From Sphaerodactylus townsendi (taxonomy: Eukaryota): a DNA stretch of 64,000 bases. This document shows, piece after piece, positions 26,850 to 37,390 of the stretch (position 1 is the stretch's first letter; each line of letters begins with the position of its first letter). The notes under the pieces are model-generated. The model searched no databases and was not told the DNA's origin. It saw nothing but the letters and a program-made list of their open reading frames with translations. Location: NCBI RefSeq assembly GCF_021028975.2, contig NC_059427.1, positions 124,496,001 to 124,560,000 of the forward strand, written 5' to 3'. Made by a program: the position numbers and the translations under genes.

Positions 26850-27310
26850 TGGCCCCAAGGACTTTTGGCTGGCCTTGACTGGAGCCAGGGCTTTCTCATC
26901 CCTGGCTCCTGCCTGGTGGAACTTGTTACCAGCAAATATTAGGGCCCTGTGGGATCTCAACCAATTCTGCAGGGCCTGTAAAACCAAAATGTTTTGTCTG
27001 GCTTATAGCTGAGACTGCCATGGAACAGTTACATCATGGTGGCCCCATTAGTCTTGCACCCCCTTCCTCTGCCCAGGTAGTAAGGATTATAATGGGGGTT
27101 TTTTATGATTCTGCTACAGGCTATTTGAGAGACCTGTGATATTTCAGTTGCCATCTGTGAAAGCTTTTAATGTTTTAATTATGTGTTAAATTGTAACTTG
27201 TTTTTGATTGTGACCAGAATTATGTGTGTTGGCTGTCCTGAGCCCAGCCTTGGCGGGGGAGGGCAGGATATTAAATCTAATAAAACAAAGAATAATAATA
27301 AAATTATTAT
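26850..27310 (+). mobile_element. L2 LINE 3' fragment
   Basis: ARAFSSLAPAWWNLLPANIRAL..FCRACKT; (AAT)n tail. Confidence 0.8.
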
Positions 27311-28356
27311 TTACACAGCCTTATGGCCTCTCCAGGAGGAAGTGCTGGTTTACCCTTCCTGTCGAAAAGTAAACAACTATATTTCCCAGCAGTCAGAAAC
27401 TCAGCCTTCACTTGTATAAGTTAGTTACAAAATCATTCTATGCAACTTTGCTTTTCCTTCTTTTGGAGAGGAACAGGTTACGCGTCAATGCATTGAAGGC
27501 AGGGTTTTTTCCTGGTATGTCTATAGGAATGTGATTGGCTCTGGCTTGTGATCTCACAGAAGAATAGCAGTCAGTTTGACCTTGCTAAATACCATATTCT
27601 GTTGCAAGAAAGGATGTGCGAACAAATGTGAAAGTTCTGGAACATATGTTCTGCATAACAGGAGAAACTGAAAACCAATGGGAGAACACAGTTTTGGATC
27701 AGAACTGCAAAGATGATTAGGTGAACGAAGCTTGGCATTTGTCAGTGTTAAAATAGATACTTCTACAAGAAACCAGTGTCATTGTGATCTTTCCAGATAT
27801 AGAGTAGCTAATGTTGCTACTCTAGGCTGTGTGCATTGGCTCAGACAGCAGAGTGTCTGCCACCTTAGTAAAGTGTTTGAGTTTCAGGTTTCTGGGGTTA
27901 TTTGTGAATCATAACCAGAGTGCACCAGGTGGGGCCTGTACGCAACTTAGTAGTAATGAGAGATGAGGTCTGTCTTCAGTTACAAAATTCTCTGCAAAGA
28001 TAGTTGCTGTGACAAAGGAAAATGTTTTTTTGGATCAGTGGCCAGTGTCGGCAACAAACAGTTGGAAGTGATGATGATCCTTTGGAACTGAGAGGCACTG
28101 GAACAAAAATCACTTCCCAAATACTGGGGTTTGCTGCCTGCTGCTGAAGCAGCCTTTCTTTCTCTATCAGTCATTAAACACATTCCTTTCAGTTGTCAAC
28201 TCCGTCGGGATTCTTAATCCATGAGAAAACAACCTCTGTGAGGCAGCTGAAATACTCCTCTCACAAGTGCAGCTTCAGTAAACAAACAAAAAAACAATTA
28301 AATTGTATATTGGCCAGTGGAATTGTTACAAATGGCTGTCTTTTCCCCCACCTCAG

Positions 28357-28424
28357 AATAGCATTCCCTTCGAACACCACGGCAAGTAGCTGCTCGTCTC
28401 TTTCTCGTTGGAAAGCAGCACTGG
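28357..28424 (+). CDS. CSNK1D: CSNK1D alternative cassette exon giving the CK1delta2 tail NSIPFEHHGK* (stop 28387-28389)
   Basis: Pyrimidine tract + CAG acceptor, GG|GTGAGT donor; peptide matches the mammalian isoform-2 C-terminus as I recall it. Confidence 0.95.
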
Positions 28425-31400
28425 GTGAGTCCTTCTCGCTAGACACCAATTTGGCGGGTGGATTTGGATGTGGGGGTGTCAAATTGGGTGGTTTTTGTGT
28501 TAATTCTGCACTTTTATTTCCTATTGCCCTACACATGAAGCATAGCTGGGTCTCAAATAAGTAAGAAATATTTTCTGAACCTTTTTAGTACTTCATTTAC
28601 TGCTGTGGATTGGTGTCTTAGAAGGAGAAGCTGTTACTATCAGCACAGGGTAACAAAAGTTGTAGTGGTGAAACAGCATTGGGGGTGGGGTGCTCCATAT
28701 GCCATTTTTCTTGTACAGAGTTCATGTCCATGTAAGAGAAAGCATGTACATTTAATTTGCTGCAAGTGCTTTGCAAGAAGCCCACAGACTTAAGTAGATA
28801 TGATGGGAAAATATCCACCTAAAATGGGCCAGAAAGTTTTGTTACTTTGCTGCAAGACTACATCTTTGCAACCCTCAGGTTTCTAACAGTTGGAAGCTGC
28901 AACAGAGTTAATAAGATACTGATGCATATGATCTGTATCTCCTAAGCAAATTTACTCTACAGTTAATTACAGTACTCTCTAATAAAAGAACACAGGGGCG
29001 TTTTATATTATTGTAGTTTGCAGAATGTGAACATGAATATGCCTCCAAGTATTTTAAGCAAATTGATTTTAATTAAAATTAGTGCTATTGCAAGCAGAAT
29101 CGGTCCATCTTATACAATAAGATCAGCCACTCTTTCAAGGTTATAAATCTAGAAATATTTCTAAGTCTTATAAGAAGACTCCTCTCTAGGGTTATCCAGT
29201 ATTTAAAATACTGTGATGCAGTCAATGGTCATAATTATTGTTGAATAGTTTCACTATGACTACCTTCTAGTGCGAATAGAACACACTATTAATTCAGCCT
29301 TTATTCTCTTCCCTTTCCCACAAGCAGCCAAAGATTAAAAAAACATTTTCAAATTGATAATGAAGCTGGAAGCAGTGCCTCTGAACTCTTTACAGGAGAC
29401 TCTTAAATGCCTATGTTGGTAGAATTTGAATGTCTGCCTGTGGTGGCAGCAGTTCATAGATGTATAAGGTGATTAATTTTTGCTATTTAAAAAAAAATTG
29501 ATTCTGATAGCTGCTAGGGCTTCAGTGGAGTAGCATGAAGATGTGTGAACAAATTGTAGTTTGTTGCCATTCTGAAATATATTAGAAATTGTTTCTTTGC
29601 TTTTGTTCAGTCGGACTGAGAAGTTCATTGGATTCTGTTAACAGGCCCTCTTTCTTTTCTCTTCTCCTTTCCCCCCCTTGATAAAGCTCCATATTACACT
29701 AATCTCTCTTTCTACTTGGTGTGGAATTGCTCTTGTTTTTCTTCTCCCTGCTGCTTTTGTGTTTGTCTGACTCAATAGCGGTTTGCTTTGTTAATTCTGT
29801 TAGCAAACTGATTATCCACATGAGACAGACCATCTGGATAATCCAGCTGTGTGTTTTACAGCTGAGCTGGGAAGATGGGTCTTCCAAACCACCTTGTAGT
29901 CAGGGTTCTCGTTGGGATGTGCTAGGCAGATGCTTCCTGAAATCACTTGTCTGCTTGGATGAGAGTAAATCTTTCTTGAGGTCTGGGCTTCATAATTAAG
30001 GTGGCTAACCTGCACTTGAGATTTCTATGGAGATTACCCGGGAAGGAGAGGCTTAACTGTATGAAGATGGCAAATTGCCAGGCACAGTCATTCAGGCAGC
30101 TGGCTTTCAGCTGGTTTTTCCTATATGTCTGTCTTCTCCACTATCACCACCCCTTCATTATTTTGGTGGGCATACAGTTGAAATTGGGGAAGAACAGAAG
30201 ATCCAACATTTGAGTAATTGGGGTGAGTGATAGTTATCAATGTTCAATATACCTTCCAGCTACTTTCATTGAGTGACCTGTACTGGTCTTAAATTCCTAT
30301 TTGAAGCCAGTGGAAACCTTGAAGGAAGAATTGCAGGACCAAGTCCACTATTGAGGTCCTTGTCTGTAACTCTTAACCTCTTGTTGCATGTCAAGATAAC
30401 ATTGCTACTTTAGTGCGACTGTAGACCCTGTGAACTGTGCTTCAAAAAAGTGTTGTCATTGTTCGAGAATAACGGAGCAGATTATTTTACACAGTCTGAC
30501 TAGATTCATTTTGATTGAAAGGCTACTGCCTCACTGGAGTTAATGCAGCAGGGACTGAGCTAGGGATGGATACCATGAAATTCCCCTTCTCTGAATTGTG
30601 GAATGCTGCCTCTGAATCCTCTTAGGTGGGCAAAATTAGTGGGCAAAATTAGTGTCCTTTCCATTAACCTTGTATTTTGTACTTGTGGGTTTGAGGACTG
30701 TCTATTGTAGTGCCCCATGAGACGTGTGCTTATGGGAATGGAAAAGGGCACATTCCTCACTGCTCCAGTTACTTATTTAAAAAAAATAAACATTTGTTTT
30801 CCTTCTCATCCATTCTTGTAAAGGAAGGTATGGGAGCAAATTTCATCCCAATTCATATGAAGTAAAACATGGATTTTGTCTTAAACCCAAAATCTGGAAG
30901 GGCCTCCACAGAAGTTATGGGTACTCCCCCCCCCCCCGAGGATTTTTTTTTTAATTTCAGAAAGGGTGTTTATATTTATTCAGGTTCCCAATACAGTTTT
31001 TGAACTTGGGTTTGGGGTGAAGGTGTTCCAATTTTTTTTTTTGATCCATTATTCCCTGTGAGGGTTTCCTTCTGGAGAGAGAGTGGGGATTTTTCAAGCA
31101 GATGACACCAGAATTGCAATAAATTTAGCTTGTCTGTCTGGTGAAGATCCCCATATCAAGTTTCAAGTTATTGGATCAAGGGATCAAATTCTACAAGCCC
31201 CTGACCAATGTACCCTCAACCATCGTACTTGTCTACATTGTTTCCTATGGGGAAAAATCACACCTCATCTGGGGCAAAGAAGCCAAGAGCAATGCCCAAG
31301 AGCAACCACTGGCCAAAATCCTCCCAAAGCAAGCAGCACCAATAAGCCCAACAGAACCGATGTTAAACCAGAATCCAATTGTCATGACTGGGGCAGACAG

Positions 31401-32062
31401 TTTTAGTTCTCCCCCAGTCTCTTCCTGCTTTAAATGTTCCTCCTTTGAACCGTGAAGTGTGGCTAAGATTCAGCAGTCAGTACCAACTCTGTTTGGTGCC
31501 CACTAAATCATTTGTTTCGTTCATCATAGTAGGGCATGACAGTTTGCACAACCAAATTGAGCACAAGTTTGATTGCAGAGTTCACAGATCCTTGCTTGAC
31601 ACTGGCATATGCTTTAGAAAGAATATTGTGGGATATATTCATTAATGTGTCACTGTTAAGACGAATCTCTCCTAGGTGCCACTTGCATTTATCACCTTAA
31701 CCCCTTGATTTGGATGTCATTACTGATTCAAGAGCTCAGCTACAGCCATCTGATCTGTTCCTTTTCGCCAGCATGTGCTTTTTTCTCTTGCTCTGTAAAT
31801 GATTTCTCACGAGGTGCCTTTCTTGCCTTAGCCTTAACCTCAATGCAGAATGAAAATGCCATTCACTTCATGGGTGCTACAGGTGGGTGCGACCCTGATT
31901 CTGCTGGAATGTAGATTTGCGCATTCTCATTTCATTCTTCTGCAATGGAGCTCTTCTCAACTGTCTTTGCAAGAAGGGGCTGAGAATACTTTTGACAGAT
32001 TCATTTTCATGCTGTTTCAGTAGTGTGGCTGATATTGATATCCTGTTCCTTGGCTTCAATAG

Positions 32063-32113
32063 ATTCCTGCTCTGGCGACAACCAGCGTTCTCCAGTCTGC
32101 TGTGCATCGGTGA
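32063..32113 (+). CDS. CSNK1D: CSNK1D terminal exon coding part, CK1delta1 tail IPALATTSVLQSAVHR*
   Basis: TAG acceptor; 16 aa homologous to human IPGRVASSGLQSVVHR. Confidence 0.93.
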   Translation: MPALATTSVLQSAVHR

Positions 32114-34170
32114 AATAATGTTGCCATTGAGGGGCAGATAATGCATGGCTGAGCTCCTATGTTACCAATGGCTTTTACTAGCAAAGCTATCTCAAACTAG
32201 AGCAGAAGAAATATTACAACTGGATCTCTCCTAGCCACTTACTAAAGATACTCACAGGAACACGGACAGAATCCAGCAGCTGCCACTACAAGAGGCTTTG
32301 GCCAGAAACCTGATAACCTGATGTGAACTCTAGCAACAGGGCTAGAAAAGGAAGAGACAGTTTACAGCATTAACCGCCTGTTATTTAATAGCCATTTCAG
32401 TTTTCCCTTCACAGGTGGCAGCCTTTACCCCCTTTTTATTGTTCTTCTTGTAACTATAAATCTTTTACTTGGTTTAAGAAAGTTTTGTATTCATTTTGCT
32501 ATGATTACTGGCTTAACTCTGTAAAGAATTCACTCTCACTTTTGTCTGATCTGAAATCTATGTAGAAATGTGAACAATCCTGAAGTTTAAAAAAAAAAGA
32601 CTTGAACTTCTTGTAAACTTACATCAGGCAGGGAATGTGTAAATGAATTAGAACAGTTTGATTTTCCTTTACACTGTTTGCTTTTTGTATGGTCCCATTC
32701 CAAGAGGAGGGGAAAGTATGGAAATTCTCATGGTTGGGGGGGGGGGGGGGGTTTTAAAAGATTTTTTTTAAATTTGGCCATCTTGTTCTTCCATTTTTTT
32801 TTAAATGCTTATTTGTCTCTAGTATATCCAAGAAAAAAAGGTTATTTAGAAGGGGGGAGGGAAAATACCCAGTCAAGATGATAAGAGCATAGACTCTGAG
32901 GAACAAAAGTCAAATGCTCTGAAATAACTTTTTTGGGAAGGTTTTAATGTTGAATGTACAATATGTGTTCTTTATTTACAGGAGGATTTCATATGCAATG
33001 TTAGTGACAAGATCCACTGTTTCTGCTTGGTTTTTAGTACACTTGCCTATAAACAGGAATACTGGCACTGCACTGTGAGCAGTGTTGTAGTTGTGCTTCT
33101 GAGTACGCCGGCAAGTGCTTATAGCCTGCTGCATTAGGCCAAGGCTTGGTGGAGCTGTAAACAAAGTGCTGCAAGATGCCAAGACTTGAGAACATTCAAG
33201 CCTGTTGAATTTAATATTTAAAAGCGTGCAGGTCTGGAACAGCTGGCCTTCAGCTGAAGAGACACATATAATGGCCAAAACGCTTATCCTAGCAAACAAG
33301 CGTGCCAGCTAAATATGGAAGAATCTTTGTTTTCATGAGCAATATATTTGGTCCCTCTGTAATCTGGGAAAGTAGAAGGCATGTCAATCATACCAAATAC
33401 CACTCTTAAGTAACATCACTCCCGCCTTGGGAATGAAGGTGCAATACATAGATGTGTTGTGTTACTACTTTTTAATCAACAGATGTGGAATTTGTGCCTC
33501 CTTGGAAACTTAGTAGCTTTTATCAATCCATGGTTCCTTTTTCTGTTCATTTGCAAGCAATTTTATTGTACTAAAGCCTTGCCAGTTCCTTTTTTTAGTT
33601 TTGTTGATCTTTGAGTAGGAACTATCTTGTCACTTTTCTTTAGCTGCTGCAAAACATTAACCAAGTGCTTATTTGTATGTTCAGGGTCTGATTGGAAGCA
33701 TCCTGTGATGGGGATGTGCAGTGGGAATGTTTTTAAATGTTGATCCATGGAGAATTTTGCAAAGCTGTATCACTTGGTTACTGTAAATGTGGGTTCTTTG
33801 GGCATGTGCACTTCCATTTGTACAGTACTACACTTTAATGTGCTTTCTTTGTAAATATTTGTGGTCAAATGATGTAATGTTAGAGACCTATAAAAGCAGC
33901 CTCTTCTCTCTATATATCTGGAACCTTAAATTGCTGTACTATACTTAAAAGTTGACTATTGCAAATTTCTAGGCTTGTACTTGGTTGTGGGCAGTCTTTG
34001 CCCTTCCATTATAGTTAAATCCCACCACCGCCTACTGAAATATAGTTAGAATGTCTCTCTAAACCTGTGTACTGGTAACCAATATCTCAGAACGCCTCAT
34101 TTGTATTACCACTGTATTTGTGTACTTTAATAATTGTGTAAATAAATTCATAAGGACTTCTATTTTTTTT
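32114..34170 (+). other. CSNK1D: CSNK1D 3'UTR (~2 kb)
   Basis: U-rich stretch without recognisable transposons after the stop, ending at AATAAA 34141-34146; exact end inferred. Confidence 0.75.
34141..34146 (+). terminator. Polyadenylation signal of CSNK1D
   Basis: AATAAA preceded by TGTA motifs and followed by a U/GU-rich tract. Confidence 0.75.
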
Positions 34171-34357
34171 TGTCTTGTGACAATATTGGTATGTTCCCTG
34201 GACTCCTCGTCTGTAGAACGTTGTGTTCATTCAGCATTAGGAGCTCTATATTTGAGTAAGAAGAATTTTGTTCAGACATCTCAAAATCTTGTTTTTTGTA
34301 GACTGTCCAACTTGTAACTGTAAGATCTCTGTTTTTGGGTCAACGTGTGTGCCTAGC

Positions 34358-35136
34358 ACACTGTCAACTCAATGCATGGCAGCTGTGAAAAAGGCAAACT
34401 CTATGCTGGGGATCATTAGAAAAGGAATTGATAATAAAACTGCAAAGATTGTCATGCCCTTATATAAAGCAGTGGTGCGACCGCACTTGGAGTACTGTGT
34501 CCAGTTCTGGTAGGCATCTCAAAAAAGGATATTGAGGAGATAGAAAAAGTGCAGAGAAGGGCAACAAGGATGATTGAGGGACTGGAGCACCTTCCCTATG
34601 AGGAGAGGCTGCAGCGTTTGGGACTCTTTAGTTTGGAGAGGAGGCTGCTGAGGGGGGGATATGATTGAAGTCTACAAAATTATGCATGGGGTAGAAAATG
34701 TTGACAGAGAGAAATTTTTCTCTCTTTCTCACAATACTAGAACCAGGGGGCATTCATTGAAAATGCTGGGGGGAAGAATTAGGACTAATAAAAGGAAACA
34801 CTTCTTCCGCATAGCGTGTGATTGGTGTTTGGAATATGCTGCCACAGGAGGGTGAGTGATGGCCTAAACCTTTACTATAGCTTTAAAAGGGGCTTGGACA
34901 GATTTATGGAGGAGAAGTCGATTTATGGCTACCAATCTTGATCCTCTTGGATCTGAGATTGCAAATGCCTTAACAGACCAGGTGATCGGGAGCAACAGCC
35001 GCAGAAGGCCATTGCGTTCTCATCCTACATGTGAGCTCCCAAAGGCACCTGGTGGGCCACTGCGAGTAGCAGAGAGCTGGACTAGATGGACTTTGGTCTG
35101 ATCCAGCTGGCTTGTTCTTATGTTCTTATGTTCTTA
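34358..35136 (+). mobile_element. CR1 LINE, 5'-truncated
   Basis: KKANSMLGII...[12 protein letters not shown]; (TTCTTATG)n 3' repeat. Confidence 0.95.
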
Positions 35137-35407
35137 GCAACCAATATTCCGTGTAGATCAAGTTAATAGCTGTGAAGCATTTGTTTGCATTCTATTTGGA
35201 CAGATGATAGTGTAGTTGGGGTGGGGGTGTCTGTTCTTGAAGGTGACTTTGGCTGCAGTGCAAATAAAAGGAACCTGGGGGGAATGAAAGAAGATTGTCA
35301 TACATGGAACATTCTTTTATCCCATATATACTTTCCCCTTCACAGAAGCAGAGAATAATACTTTCTATATCATCTGGGCCTGTTTCATTACAACAGCTAG
35401 TTGTCAC

Positions 35408-35528
35408 CAGTGGCGTAGCGCTAAGGGAGCGGGGGTGGGGGTGGCGTGACGCACTGGGCTCATGCCGGTGCAGAGGTGTTCCAGGGTGTGGTGGGCCCCG
35501 GACGCAGTTTCCCCTCACTATGGCTCTG
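35408..35528. mobile_element. GC-rich hAT MITE
   Basis: CAGTGGCGTAGC start; perfect 8-bp TSD GTTGTCAC. Confidence 0.9.
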
Positions 35529-36819
35529 GTTGTCACAATAAGAAAATGCAAAAGTTGAACAATCCTTACTTTCAGTGGTACCACAATAGACTTAATTCTA
35601 TACTATGCCATGAAAATGTAGAAACCGGCAATAAAACCAGACATTGATGTCTCTGAGTTGCATAGACTTGCAAATATGTATGCAGTTGCTTTTTTGAGCT
35701 TTATACAATCCAGGCGAATACTAAATTAATGGATATTCTGTATTGGTATCTTGGACTGGATGATGGCCAACAAATAAATTCAGTCCTGTTAAGACATGAG
35801 ATACCAACAATAACACCAATCAGGTATTACAGTTTAGTCTGTCCTGAATATGTTTGCACTGTGTGAGAGAGCAAATTCGCGACCATCTTCAGACATCTCT
35901 GGAATGTACATTTTAATACATAAGCCCTAATGACGTAGGATCAGCTTATTCGTGGGGTCATCTCCTTTATAAACTCATCTAGTAGTTTGAATCAACTTTA
36001 GAAAACCAACTTCCAAGACAGTTCTGGAAGTGAGGTAGGTAAGTAGTAGGGACTTTTTCCCCTCCCCCACTGAAGTTCTGAAAGGGTCCAGCAAAGAAAA
36101 ACAGGAAACAAACTCCAGGAAGGCTTATCCCTTCCTCCGAAATAGCATAGTCATGCCAGAAATGCTTTCTTCTTTGTGTTCTCTCCATTCTTTTTGCTTC
36201 TGTCAGGGCAACAATAGCAGGTGGCTACAAGTAGAAGTAGCACATGTGCTTCTGTCTAAAGGCCGCACCAGTTAGGATCTGAAAAGAAGCCCTCTGTTCT
36301 TTTTCCTACCATCACCTCTGCACAGTGGATGAAGGGAAGGCTCTCAGTATTTGTAAACAGTTGGAATCAGTGACATCAGATGAGGTCACTTCTTAATTAA
36401 AAAAAGAAATTCAGCAGATATGAACAAACAATTTTTTAAAAAGCCACATCCAACAACAATTGCAGTTACATTGCAAGACAAAGGGGAAAAATTAATATGT
36501 AGTAAGCCATGAACTATATAGATGATGATAATAGCTGTGAACAGTAAATGGCAATATTATAATAGGCACTACATAATAATTCTAATAATCTTAAATCATA
36601 AGATACCCCTAAGCAATACTTAATAAACCCTATATTGATATTAAACAAGAAAGTAAATTATAATGAAATAGAATAGATAAAAAAACTTGCAGTGGCCATT
36701 GTTAATTTCTATAAACACTTCCCAAATATTGGATTAAATTTATAATAAATTTAAATGGGTCCCCCTTTTGATACATTTTTGATACAATACATTGAGAATG
36801 TTATTAATAATTCATATAT

Positions 36820-37390
36820 ATCCTTCTCCAGTTCTGATTTTTAAAAAACAATATAAATAATATACTTTCCATTTATCTTGAAATTCCTTAATTGGACTTT
36901 TATTCATATGGTTTGTTAATTTTGCCATTTTATTTAATAGTTCTTATCCATCTTCTCAATATCCTATGGAGTAATATACCACCAATAAAAGATCTTATAC
37001 CAATCTCATCTTAATGTTTGGGTGGCTGTGAAAATTATATCTTTCATCCATAGGATTTCCCATTGTTAAAAAGCTATTCCTCAAAAATTTGCATCTATCT
37101 TACCATACATGTTTTAACTTGTTTCTAGGTCAAATTGAAGTAGTAACTTGTAAATTTGTACTAATAAATGTTAATTGTGTTGCGTTACCACCTTTTCAAA
37201 TTCAGTCAACTCCTTTATTATTCCTCTTCTTCTGTGAAGGTCCTTTTTAAATCTTGAAGCTAATTGAAAATAGAGTAGCCGCTGTACTTTTTTGCATTTA
37301 TCTTTCATCTTTTGCCAAGGCTTATTCTCCTCAAGATGTTAACATATCTCCATATCTTATGAAGTCGTTATTTTTCCTCACATTCTTATC
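36820..37390 (-). mobile_element. L1/Tx1-clade LINE ORF2 C-terminal fragment
   Basis: Broken frames read YFQLASRFKKDL..ELTEFEK..IYKLLL..VKTCMV and MAKLT..EFQDKWK. Confidence 0.65.

Noticed and set aside
30830-31450. Repeat-like segment and 104-107 aa ORFs
   Set aside because: Looks like a degenerate interspersed repeat, but ends and family could not be defined; the ORFs have no recognisable motif.
31780-31915. Further alternative acceptors upstream of the CSNK1D terminal exon
   Set aside because: The acceptor after the pyrimidine tract is a weak GAG, and the nearby frames stop almost at once (VPFLP*, P*); no support without RNA data.
4262-32113. CSNK1E as the identity of the kinase
   Set aside because: Tail sequences (NSIPFEHHGK, ..[21 protein letters not shown]) and SLC16A3 adjacency indicate delta.
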